Source: an uncultured Verrucomicrobiae bacterium (GTDB lineage: Bacteria; Verrucomicrobiota; Verrucomicrobiia; Chthoniobacterales; Chthoniobacteraceae). From it: 64,000 nucleotides of DNA. Positions 17,388 through 26,511 of this stretch are shown here, piece by piece. The position numbers were made by a program, and so were the translations under genes. The notes beneath the pieces are model-generated. The model saw nothing but the letters and a program-made list of their open reading frames with translations. It made no database searches and was not told the DNA's origin. The DNA lies in NCBI GenBank assembly GCA_963836755.1, contig CAWIKF010000002.1, positions 1,696,001 through 1,760,000 of the forward strand, in the 5' to 3' direction. Within the stretch, counting starts at the first letter, position 1; every line of letters begins with the position of its first letter.

Positions 17388-19592
17388 ATGAAAACACTCC
17401 CCAAGTGGTTGTCAGTGCTGGTCAGCCTTTGCGCGCATTCTGTTTATGCTCAGGTTTCCCCGCCGTCCCCAAACGTAACCCAATACGTGAACCCGATGAT
17501 CGGGGTTTCGAACGGGCCCGGCGAATACCCCGGCGCTCAGGTTCCCTTCGGTTTGCTTGCATGGAATCCCGTAAACACGGTGAAGGCCTGGAGTGTTTAC
17601 ACCGGCGGCAGTATTAATTGGTTTGCACTTTCCACGGTGCAAGGAATCGGCGCCGGCGCGATGGCGGATGTTCCCCACATGGTCACCGTCAATGCTTGCA
17701 CCAGCGCGCCCGGTCGCTCGAATGTTTATGGAACGACCATTAGCGACGAGGTTACTTCCCCCGGTTACTACAAAGTTCATTTGGTAAAGCCGAACGTCGA
17801 TGTGGAAATGGCCGCTGCCGTTCATTCTGGCATCGCGAAATACACGTTCCCGGCTTCGACGGATTCATGCGTGATTTTTGATCCGCTCGCGCTCACCGGC
17901 CCATCGGGCGCCATCACGATCGATCGCGACAAACACATCGTCACGGGCAGTGCCGTGGCCACCGACTTTGGTAGAAACATCCATACGACCTACTACGCGG
18001 CGGTTTTTGATCGACCCTTTTCCGCAGTGGGAACGTGGGAAAACGGACAAGGCTTCGTGAAGTTCGACACCAGGTCTGATCCAACCGTCCGGATGAAAAT
18101 TTCCCTCTCTTACGTCAGCGCCGCGAATGCGCTGAATAATCTGAACACGGAAATTCCCGACTGGGATCTGGAGAAGGTAAAATCGGACGCGAATAACGCC
18201 TGGAATACCTTGCTGAGTTCGATCGAATACAAGTCGGGCGCGACGACCGACCGGTTGCAGATGTTTTACACCGCCGTTTATCGCGCCTGTCAGGATCCCA
18301 AAGTCTTTAGCGATACCGATGGGAGATACATTGGCTTTGATGACCAAGTCCACACCATCGTTCCGGGACATCCGTTTTACGCCGGCTTCTCGGGGTGGGA
18401 TGTCTATCGGACCCAGGCCCAACTCCTGGCGATCATTGCTCCAAAAGTCGCCTCCGACTACGTCCGCTCGCTCGTGATCTCCGGGCAGCAAAATAAAGGA
18501 AAGATGCCAAAATGGACGTGGGGAAACAAAGAAACCAACTGCATGTCGGGAGGTCCTGCGTGCGCTTACATCGGTAGCGCCTACGCCTTTGGGGCCACAG
18601 ATATCGATCTCGCCGCAACGAAGGATGCGTTGATCAAATACGGCACGACCCCGTCGCTAGGATGGAGTTCATTGGCAGACCATATGGCAGGCGGAAATAA
18701 CAAGAGCCAAGCCGAAGAGATGGAATCAGCGGCTGCGGATATGGGCGTCGCGACGATTTGCAAGGCCGCCGGCGATCAAGCCAACACCATCTATTTCAGA
18801 AACCGGGCGCAGACGATTTTCAATCTTTGGGACCCGGCGAGGGTAGATAGCGTGGGGGAAACGGGGAACTTCAAAGGCGCCGGGCGCGAAACCTTCATCG
18901 AGGAGCAAATCTGGTGCGCCCCTTTCAACTACGGAAAGCTGATCTCGCTGATGGGCGGAGCTTCCAAAGCCATTGCCCGACTGGATAAACACACTTCTCA
19001 AATGGTTCCTTACAACGACCAGCCTTACTACAATCCCGCCAACGAACCAGGAATCGCGATTCCCTATGTTTACAACTGGTTGCAGGTGCCTTGGAAAGCG
19101 CAGCACTTGATTCGCCGGATCATGACCGAATCGTTCGTCAATAGCCGCTTATGGATTGGCGGTCTCCCCAAGTTGCCGAAGCCGCCTTGCGTTTGGTGCC
19201 CGAACGATGACACGGGCACGATGTCTTCCTGGTATGCGTATATGACGCTGGGACTTTATCCCGCCATCCCCGGCATTGGCGGATTCACGATTACGTCGCC
19301 GCTTTTTTCATACACGATTCACCTCAAAAACGGGAAAGACATCAGCGTCACCGCCAAGAACGCCTCCATCACTAATGAATACATCCAAAGCATGACGATC
19401 GACGGAGTTCCCAACCAGAAGCTCTGGATTTCATGGGATCGATTGAAAAACGGCGCCAGCTTGGTCTTCGTCTTGGGCGACAAACCTAACCCCAGCTGGG
19501 GAGCAGCTCCGGACGATGCCCCGCCATCTTTCGGGCCCGTGGATGAAGACAAGAAATCGAAGACGCCGGTGCAGGCGATGCTCCATCGGTAG
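17388..19592 (+). CDS. Alpha-1,2-mannosidase-like glycoside hydrolase (GH92)
   Basis: VNPMIG, PGAQVPFG, SGWDVYR, ANEP and NDDTGTMSSWY...LGLYP motifs. Signal peptide. Confidence 0.9.
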   Translation: MKTLPKWLSVLVSLCAHSVYAQVSPPSPNVTQYVNPMIGVSNGPGEYPGAQVPFGLLAWNPVNTVKAWSVYTGGSINWFALSTVQGIGAGAMADVPHMVTVNACTSAPGRSNVYGTTISDEVTSPGYYKVHLVKPNVDVEMAAAVHSGIAKYTFPASTDSCVIFDPLALTGPSGAITIDRDKHIVTGSAVATDFGRNIHTTYYAAVFDRPFSAVGTWENGQGFVKFDTRSDPTVRMKISLSYVSAANALNNLNTEIPDWDLEKVKSDANNAWNTLLSSIEYKSGATTDRLQMFYTAVYRACQDPKVFSDTDGRYIGFDDQVHTIVPGHPFYAGFSGWDVYRTQAQLLAIIAPKVASDYVRSLVISGQQNKGKMPKWTWGNKETNCMSGGPACAYIGSAYAFGATDIDLAATKDALIKYGTTPSLGWSSLADHMAGGNNKSQAEEMESAAADMGVATICKAAGDQANTIYFRNRAQTIFNLWDPARVDSVGETGNFKGAGRETFIEEQIWCAPFNYGKLISLMGGASKAIARLDKHTSQMVPYNDQPYYNPANEPGIAIPYVYNWLQVPWKAQHLIRRIMTESFVNSRLWIGGLPKLPKPPCVWCPNDDTGTMSSWYAYMTLGLYPAIPGIGGFTITSPLFSYTIHLKNGKDISVTAKNASITNEYIQSMTIDGVPNQKLWISWDRLKNGASLVFVLGDKPNPSWGAAPDDAPPSFGPVDEDKKSKTPVQAMLHR

Positions 19593-19635
19593 CTGACTTG
19601 CCCGCGGCTGAAAAGCGTCGCTCCGAGGAGAGACG

Positions 19636-21261
19636 CTATTCCGCGGCGATGTGCGCGCCTTTCTCGGCGACCGAGCGTTTCATGAAAAATACCAGCGGGA
19701 CCAGCGCGAGCGAGACTGCCGCGAAGACGACGAAGCTGTCAAAGTAGGCGAGCGACGACGCCTGGATCTCGCGCAGGTTTTCCAGCGCAGCGAGCCCGAG
19801 CTGTTTCGCCGCGGCGGGATCGCCGTTGTTGTGCAGGAAGCCCGATTGCGCCTGCGCGAGAAAGTCGGTGACGGCGCGGTTGAGCGTGTCGAGATTTTCG
19901 CCGAGGCGGAGCGTGTGGAATTGCTCGCGCCGCTCGTGGATGGTCTGCGCGACCGAGGTGCCGACGCTGCCGCCTTCGTTTCGTAACAGCGCGAGCAGGC
20001 CGACAGCGGCGCCGCGCATCTGCGGCGGGATTCGGAGAAATGCGGCGACATTCACCGGCGCAAAAGTCATCGACAGCCCGGCGATGATGACCACGCGCGG
20101 CCAGACGACCTGCCACGGGCTGATGTCGAGCGTGAGGCGCGACATCCAGAAAGTCCCCGCCGCCATGGTGAAAAGTCCGCACCCGATGATCCACCGCGCA
20201 TCGGTGCCGCGCCCGAGCAGCGTGCCGACGATGACGAGCATCATCACCGCGAAAATTCCCGCCGGCGAAAGGACGAGGCCGGACGTCGTCGCATCGTAGC
20301 CGAAGAGCGTTTGCAGCAGCGAGGGGAGCGCCGTGGTGTTCGCGTAAAGCGAGGCAAAAGTGCAGAAGATGATGATGCAGCACCATCGGAAATTCGTATC
20401 GGCGAGCGTGCGGAAATTGATCAGCGGATTCGCAATCCGCATTTCGCGCCAGACCAGCGCGCCGAGACTTACGACAAAGAGCGCCGACAAAACCTGCACG
20501 CGCCAGAACGGGTCACCAAACCAATCCCACTCCTGCCCTTTGCTCAGCGCGATTTCCCAGCAGACCATCGTGAGACTCAGCAGGCAGAGGCCGATGGTAT
20601 CGAATGGCGCGTGCCTTTTGCGCATCGCGGCCTGCTCGGCCTGCAAATAAGCGGGATCGCGGACGACGAGATTGCAAACCCAGAGCGCGAAAAGTCCGAC
20701 GGGGAGATTGAGGTAAAAGATCCAGCGCCAGCCGTAGTTGTCCGTGATGAAGCCGCCCAGCGTCGGCCCGACCACCGGCGCGAGCAGCGCGGCAATTCCA
20801 AAGAGCGCCTGCGCCGCGCCCTGCTTCTCCTTTGGAAAAGCATCGAGCAACACCCCCTGGCTCGACGGTTGCAAGCCGCCGCCGGCAAACCCCTGCAACA
20901 CACGCGCCCCGATCAGCATGCCGAGACTCGTCGCCATTCCGCACAGCACCGAGGCGAGCGTGAACACGCCGATCGAGAGCAAAAAGTAATTGCGCCGCCC
21001 GAGCCGCAGCGCGAGCCAGCCCGAGATCGGCAGCACGATGGCATTCGCCGCGAGGTAACTCGTGATAACCCATTCGCTATCGGTGACCGGCGCCGAAAGC
21101 CCGCCCGCCATGTAACGCAGCGCCACGTTCGCGATCGTGGTGTCGAGCACCTCCATGAACGTCGGAATCACCACCGCCAGCGCGACGATCCAGGGATTGA
21201 AGATGCGCGGCTGTGCAGCAGCGACAGGCATCGCAACTGCCGATGTGGAAATAGTCTTCAC
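19636..21261 (-). CDS. emrB: DHA2 family MFS efflux permease (EmrB-like)
   Basis: FMEVLDTTIANVAL, WVITSYL, LGRRNY, APVVGPTLGG and WRWIFYLNLPVG motifs; many transmembrane segments. Confidence 0.92.
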   Translation of the reverse strand: MKTISTSAVAMPVAAAQPRIFNPWIVALAVVIPTFMEVLDTTIANVALRYMAGGLSAPVTDSEWVITSYLAANAIVLPISGWLALRLGRRNYFLLSIGVFTLASVLCGMATSLGMLIGARVLQGFAGGGLQPSSQGVLLDAFPKEKQGAAQALFGIAALLAPVVGPTLGGFITDNYGWRWIFYLNLPVGLFALWVCNLVVRDPAYLQAEQAAMRKRHAPFDTIGLCLLSLTMVCWEIALSKGQEWDWFGDPFWRVQVLSALFVVSLGALVWREMRIANPLINFRTLADTNFRWCCIIIFCTFASLYANTTALPSLLQTLFGYDATTSGLVLSPAGIFAVMMLVIVGTLLGRGTDARWIIGCGLFTMAAGTFWMSRLTLDISPWQVVWPRVVIIAGLSMTFAPVNVAAFLRIPPQMRGAAVGLLALLRNEGGSVGTSVAQTIHERREQFHTLRLGENLDTLNRAVTDFLAQAQSGFLHNNGDPAAAKQLGLAALENLREIQASSLAYFDSFVVFAAVSLALVPLVFFMKRSVAEKGAHIAAE

Positions 21262-21384
21262 AGCTTCATGCTCGCGCTTGATTCTTGCCGTGCCTGACGA
21301 ACACGGCTTTCCAACTCAGCAATCCTTTTGGGTAAATCCAACCGGTCAGGAATCTGTGTCATGTGCAGGACTAAACGTCGCGCA

Positions 21385-21528
21385 AATCCGACTTGGTCTT
21401 TCAAAGGTCTCGCGCAGATGCGCGAAGGATCGGGAGCTGCCGCTCTTCATCAACCGATACCAATGCTCCAACGCACTTCGCGGATGTTCTGCGGCGAAGT
21501 CGTTCAGCCGCTTGCGCATGATGTGCAT
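21385..21528 (-). pseudogene. higB: Truncated, frameshifted HigB-family toxin remnant
   Basis: MHIMRKRLNDFAAEHPRSALEHWYRLMK...SFAHLRETF resembles HigB N-termini. DQVG follows in a shifted frame. The C-terminal half and an antitoxin are absent. Confidence 0.7.
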
Positions 21529-21561
21529 TCGATGGATTCGAAGTCACACGGCTCAGCCCGA

Positions 21562-22263
21562 CTATGGTTTTGGTGGCGTGGTCGGCGGCTCGGGCTTCTT
21601 GCGCTGCGGGGCGCGCTCGATGTGGCTGGCGCTTTGCCACGCGCGGAGTTTGTCGGCGTTGCGCGCGTATTTGTTGTGGATGATGGCGTCGAGGTAGTTG
21701 ACTTCTTTCATCCCGGCTTTGATGAGGCGGCCGATTGCGGCGGTGCTTTCGACCCCTTCGCTGTCATCGCTCTCGTTGGCGTTCTGTTCGTTGCCGATGG
21801 CCTGGCGGTCGTCGGCGAGGTGGGTGACGAAATCGGCGGGAAGTTCGTGCGCTACGAATTTGGCGACGAGCGCGACCTTGGCGGCTTTTTGCGTGGCGGT
21901 GTCATTGTCGCCGGGTTGAAACTGAAGAAGATAAGCGTCGGCGGTGGTGAGGATACTTTCATGGCTCGGGCTCTCCGGCGGGCGGAAGTTGTCTGCGAAA
22001 CCGGGCTCGTCCTGCGCGATGGCGCGGGCGGTGCGGCCGATGTTTTGCAGGTCGAGGCGGAGGGAGTCGAAGAGGACTTCGAGGGCGGTGTTGCCGCCGC
22101 CTAGCTGCTTCGCTTTTTCGATGGCGAGGTCTTTGTGGATTTGGGCGACATTGGCAAAGCGTTTTTGCGCCTCGCCGCCGGCGGCAAAGTCCCCGGTGTT
22201 GTCGGTGCCAAAGGTTTCGACGCGGCCAAACATGTCATAACGGCGGGTTTCACGATCATTCAT
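21562..22263 (-). CDS. Uncharacterised helical protein of repeat-array module 3 (233 aa)
   Basis: Probable start MNDRETRRYDMF at 22263. Ends KLRAWQSASHIERAPQRKKPEPPTTPPKP. Confidence 0.85.
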   Translation of the reverse strand: MNDRETRRYDMFGRVETFGTDNTGDFAAGGEAQKRFANVAQIHKDLAIEKAKQLGGGNTALEVLFDSLRLDLQNIGRTARAIAQDEPGFADNFRPPESPSHESILTTADAYLLQFQPGDNDTATQKAAKVALVAKFVAHELPADFVTHLADDRQAIGNEQNANESDDSEGVESTAAIGRLIKAGMKEVNYLDAIIHNKYARNADKLRAWQSASHIERAPQRKKPEPPTTPPKP

Positions 22264-22399
22264 AAAGGCGATAGCTCGGTTGTTTTGTAAGGGTGAGACT
22301 GCCCGCAGAGCCTGTGAGCCCATGAAACAAACGTCGAGCGAAAAACAACACCTTTTTTACAGAACGTTGAGTTTTTCTTTGAGTGCGACGTGGCCAGGC

Positions 22400-22655
22400 G
22401 TGAATCGACACGCAAGTGCATCATTTACACGCCCGAAGGCTGGATTTACACGCTCCAAGGCTCAGCTCGCACGCTCCAAGGCTCGATTTACACGCGCGAA
22501 GATCTCAGCTCGCACGGGCTGCGACGAGGCTGACACAGCCCTGGCCCGGCATGCAAAGGTCTGAACTAAGCGCGCACACGCTTGGGATGATCTCGCACAC
22601 GAATACGGGGCGCTCGCAAGCGGCTGGAGGCATCGCGCAGGAGGCGGGAGTTCGG
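22400..22655. repeat. Degenerate tandem array, about 12 x 21 bp (core CACGCTCCAAGGCTCRRYTYR)
   Basis: CAC/CAA/CAG anchors at 22409, 22428, 22449, 22470, 22491, 22513, 22534, 22554, 22575, 22596, 22617 and 22638, mostly 21 bp apart. The array ends at the emrA stop codon. Confidence 0.8.
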
Positions 22656-24140
22656 TTACGGCTTCGGCGTGGCCGCCGCTGCGGGCTGGATGGTTTCCTG
22701 CAAAAATCTTCCGGCATTCGGGCCGGTCGGCTCGCTTTTGATATCGACGACCGGCTCGACGGAGAGGCCGACGAAAAGCGGACGCCGAATCGGATCGTAA
22801 TTCACCAGATCGATCCGCACCGGCAGGCGCTGCACGACTTTGACGAAGTTGCCGGTCGCGTTCTGCGCCGGGAGCAGCGCGAGCGTGGAGCCGGTGCCAA
22901 AGGTGAAGCCGGAGATGCGGCCCTCGAACTTTTGCCGGCTGCCATACATGTCGGTTTTTAACTCCACGCGCTGGCCGATGCGCAGGTCGCGGAGTTGCGT
23001 TTCCTTGAAATTCGCGTCAACCCAGATGTCGCGCAGTGAGCGGATCGCCATGAGGCTCTGGCCGATCTGGACGTTGTCGCCGGGGTTGACGTTGCGCCGC
23101 GTGATGACGCCATCGATCTCGGCGACGATTTTGCAATAGCGCAGGTCGAGTTGCGCCTGGTCGAGCGCGCGCTGCGCTTTCTCCACGCCGGCTTCGGCTT
23201 GTTTGAGCGCGGGCGCTTTTTTGATGATGCCGGCGTAAATTTTGTCGATGTCGCCGCCGGGATCGCGTTTGTAAAATTCCTGCACGACGGCTTTCGGCGT
23301 CAAATTGTAAGAGGAGGAAACGACGCCGAGCTGCGCCGCACTTTGCATCAACTCGCCGAGCGCCTCGCGAACTGCGGAAAAGTTCTGGTCGAGATCGGCG
23401 GGCACGTCGGTGAGGCTCTGGCCGGGCGCCGGCTCGGCTGGCAGGCCGAGTGAGACGCGCGCCTGGGCGACGCTTTCCAGCGCCTGGTTGACCTGCGCTT
23501 TCGCGACGTTGAGCGCCTCACTTTTTTGATCGAATTCCTCGGCGCTCGTCACTTTCGTCGCGAGCAACTTTTTCGCGCGATCAAACTCCGATTGCGCGAG
23601 CGCGAGCGTCGCCTTCGCCTGTTCCAAAGTAGCCGCACGCGCCCGCAGTAGCGCGACCTGGTTGTCCACATCCTCGATCGCGTGCTCGAGTTTAAAGCGC
23701 AGGCCGCGCGTCTGCCCGATCTGCGCGTGGACGTTGGCCTCGGCGACAACGAGGTCGGCATTCGCGGCATCGACCGCCGATTGCTGAATCGCGACCTGCA
23801 CGCGATACGGCTCGGGATCAAGCTCCACGAGCACATCGCCTTTTTTGACGCGATTGTTATCCTCGACCAAAACGCGCGCGACCTGCCCCGCGACGCGCGG
23901 CGCGACGAAGGTGACGTAGCTGTTTACATAAGCGTCGTCGGTCGAAACCGTGTGCAGCGAATGAATGACGCGCGGGACGGCGACGATCAGAATCAATATC
24001 GCCGCGACGATGAAAATGACGCGACGCCACGGATGCGTGGCTTTCGGTTGTTTTAGATCCGCTTGCGGCGTCGCGGCAGCGGGCGCGGGCGCATCCGGCG
24101 CGGTTTTACCGGTTTCGTCCGCTGGTTTCTCGGAGGCCAT
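22656..24140 (-). CDS. emrA: HlyD/EmrA family efflux periplasmic adaptor
   Basis: STDDAYV, V.DNNRVKKGDVL.ELD, ANFKETQL and LLPAQNATGNFVKVVQRLPVRI motifs. Confidence 0.92.
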   Translation of the reverse strand: MASEKPADETGKTAPDAPAPAAATPQADLKQPKATHPWRRVIFIVAAILILIVAVPRVIHSLHTVSTDDAYVNSYVTFVAPRVAGQVARVLVEDNNRVKKGDVLVELDPEPYRVQVAIQQSAVDAANADLVVAEANVHAQIGQTRGLRFKLEHAIEDVDNQVALLRARAATLEQAKATLALAQSEFDRAKKLLATKVTSAEEFDQKSEALNVAKAQVNQALESVAQARVSLGLPAEPAPGQSLTDVPADLDQNFSAVREALGELMQSAAQLGVVSSSYNLTPKAVVQEFYKRDPGGDIDKIYAGIIKKAPALKQAEAGVEKAQRALDQAQLDLRYCKIVAEIDGVITRRNVNPGDNVQIGQSLMAIRSLRDIWVDANFKETQLRDLRIGQRVELKTDMYGSRQKFEGRISGFTFGTGSTLALLPAQNATGNFVKVVQRLPVRIDLVNYDPIRRPLFVGLSVEPVVDIKSEPTGPNAGRFLQETIQPAAAATPKP

Positions 24141-24155
24141 GCTTGTGATCTTTCG

Positions 24156-26381
24156 TTAACCGGCCATGCAGCGTGCGATGGATTGATGCCACGCGCGATG
24201 CAATTCCTCCACCGACCAGCTCAGTTGAGTGCTGCCGGCGTAGATCTGCAAATTTTTGCCGCCAACCGAACCGAGACGTCGCGCGGGAACGCCGCGCCAT
24301 TCGCAAAGTGCGGCCAATGCGCTGGCGTTTGTTTTCGCCGCGGAAACGATGATGCGCGATTGCGATTCGTTGAATAAAAGTTGCTCGATGCGCAAATCCG
24401 TTTCGCCCAAATCGATCTCCGCGCCGAAGAGTTTTCCGCCGGAAATGCAGCACTCCGCGAGCGCGACGGCGATGCCGCCTTCGCTGCAATCATGCGCGCT
24501 TGCGATGAGTCCGCACTTGATCATCGCCCGCAAAGCCTGATGCAGAGCCAGCTCGCGGTCAAAGTCGAGCCGCGGTGGCCGGCCATTCTTGCGACCGTGG
24601 ATCACTTTTAAGTAATGGCTCGCGCCCATTTCATCGCCGATGCCGCCGAGCAGGATGATCGCGTCACCCTCGTTTTTAAACGACTGCGTGGTGATCTGTT
24701 TCTCGTTCTCGATGAGCCCGACCATGCCGACCGTCGGCGTCGGATCGATCGCACCGCCGGGATTTTCATTGTAAAGGCTGACATTTCCCCCCGTGACCGG
24801 AGTGTTAAACACCCGACACGCCTCCGCGAGTCCCTCCACGCACTCGCGCAACTGCCAGAAATTCTCCGGCTTGTGCGGATTGCCGAAGTTCAAGTTATCC
24901 GTGACCGCGAGCGGCGTCGCGCCGCTGCAAGCAAGATTCCGTGCGGCTTCCGCAACCGCGATCTTCGCGCCCTCGCGCGGATCGAGCGCGCAGTAGAGCG
25001 CGTTGCAATCGCTCGTCGCGGCTAGAATTTTACCCGCTTCGCGCACGAGAAAAACAGCGGCGTCCGACCCGGGCAGCACGCACGTCCCAGCGCGCACCAT
25101 GTGATCGTATTGGCGATAAACCCAGTTTTTCGACGCGATGCTCGGGTGCGCAAGAAGCGCAAGCAGCGCCGCGTGCGGATCCGTCTCCGGCCAATCGCGA
25201 AGCGGCTCCGAGGGCGGACGCACTTTTGCCTCGCGCTCATAAATCGGTGCATCGTCGGCAAGTTTGCGCGCAGGGATTTCCGCAACTGTTGCGCCATTGT
25301 TCAACACGCGCATCATGCCGTCGTCCTTCACCACGCCAACTTCGGCGAATGGCAAATCCCACTTTTCAAAAATGTCGCGCACCGTTTGCTCGTGGCCCTT
25401 TTTCACGATGATCAGCATTCGCTCCTGCGATTCGCTGAGCATGATTTCATACGGCGTCATCCCGCTCTCGCGCTTCGGCACTTTTGCGAGATCGATCTCC
25501 ACGCCAGTGCCGCCGCGGCTCGCTGTTTCACATGTTGAACAAGTGAGGCCAGCGGCGCCCATGTCTTGAATGCCGGCGACGGCGTCGGTCGCGAGTAATT
25601 CCAGACACGCTTCGAGTAAAAGTTTCTCCTTGAAAGGATCGCCGACCTGCACGGCGGGACGGTCCTGTTTCGATTCCTCGGTCAGTTCGCGCGATGCGAA
25701 AGCCGCGCCCGCGAGTCCGTCGCGACCGGTTTCCGCGCCGACGTAAAAAACGGGATTGCCGATGCCGACGGCGCCGCCGCGCGCGATCTGCTCGTGCCGC
25801 AAGATGCCAAGGCAAAAGACATTGACGAGCGGATTGCCGTCATAACTTTCGTCGAAATAAATCTCACCGCCGATGGTTGGAATGCCGATGCAATTTCCGT
25901 AGTGCGAGATGCCGGAGACGACGCCGCTGAAGAGGCGCCGGTTCGTTTTGACGTTTTCGCCTTCGCCGGAAATCGGGCCGAAGCGCAGCGAATTCAGCGA
26001 AAAAACGGGCCGCGCGCCCATCGTGAAAATGTCGCGGATGATGCCGCCGACGCCGGTCGCCGCGCCCTGGAATGGCTCAATCGCACTCGGATGATTGTGC
26101 GATTCCATCTTGAATGCGATCGCCCAGCCGTCGCCGATATCGATGACGCCCGCGTTTTCCTCGCCCGCTTTCACGAGCACATTTGGGCCGGTCGTCGGGA
26201 ATTTTCGCAGCTCCGGCTTCGAGTTTTTATACGAGCAATGCTCGCTCCACATCACGGAGAAAATGCCCAGCTCCGTAAAGTTTGGATCGCGGCCGAGGAT
26301 GCTCTGGATGCGTTGAAATTCGTCGGCGGTGATGCCGTGCTTGGCGACGAGTTCGGGCGTGACGGCTGGGTCGTTCGGCAT
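24156..26381 (-). CDS. purL: Phosphoribosylformylglycinamidine synthase subunit PurL
   Basis: [41 protein letters not shown] and HDCSEGG motifs. Confidence 0.97.
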   Translation of the reverse strand: MPNDPAVTPELVAKHGITADEFQRIQSILGRDPNFTELGIFSVMWSEHCSYKNSKPELRKFPTTGPNVLVKAGEENAGVIDIGDGWAIAFKMESHNHPSAIEPFQGAATGVGGIIRDIFTMGARPVFSLNSLRFGPISGEGENVKTNRRLFSGVVSGISHYGNCIGIPTIGGEIYFDESYDGNPLVNVFCLGILRHEQIARGGAVGIGNPVFYVGAETGRDGLAGAAFASRELTEESKQDRPAVQVGDPFKEKLLLEACLELLATDAVAGIQDMGAAGLTCSTCETASRGGTGVEIDLAKVPKRESGMTPYEIMLSESQERMLIIVKKGHEQTVRDIFEKWDLPFAEVGVVKDDGMMRVLNNGATVAEIPARKLADDAPIYEREAKVRPPSEPLRDWPETDPHAALLALLAHPSIASKNWVYRQYDHMVRAGTCVLPGSDAAVFLVREAGKILAATSDCNALYCALDPREGAKIAVAEAARNLACSGATPLAVTDNLNFGNPHKPENFWQLRECVEGLAEACRVFNTPVTGGNVSLYNENPGGAIDPTPTVGMVGLIENEKQITTQSFKNEGDAIILLGGIGDEMGASHYLKVIHGRKNGRPPRLDFDRELALHQALRAMIKCGLIASAHDCSEGGIAVALAECCISGGKLFGAEIDLGETDLRIEQLLFNESQSRIIVSAAKTNASALAALCEWRGVPARRLGSVGGKNLQIYAGSTQLSWSVEELHRAWHQSIARCMAG

Positions 26382-26511
26382 GGAAAACGAGGAGCGAGCA
26401 TGAGCGATTCATCGCGGCTGACAAGGGCAAATCGCGCGCGCAATCACGCAGCCGTGCCGAGCCGCCACGCGGTTTTGCTTTTCGCGCGGGAATCTGGTTT
26501 GCTGCGGGCGC

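Noticed and set aside
21303..22664. ACGGCTT at 21303-21309 and 22658-22664 as a target-site duplication of module 3
   Set aside because: Only 7 bp, easily due to chance, and no equivalent was found at the other modules. An empty-site comparison is needed.
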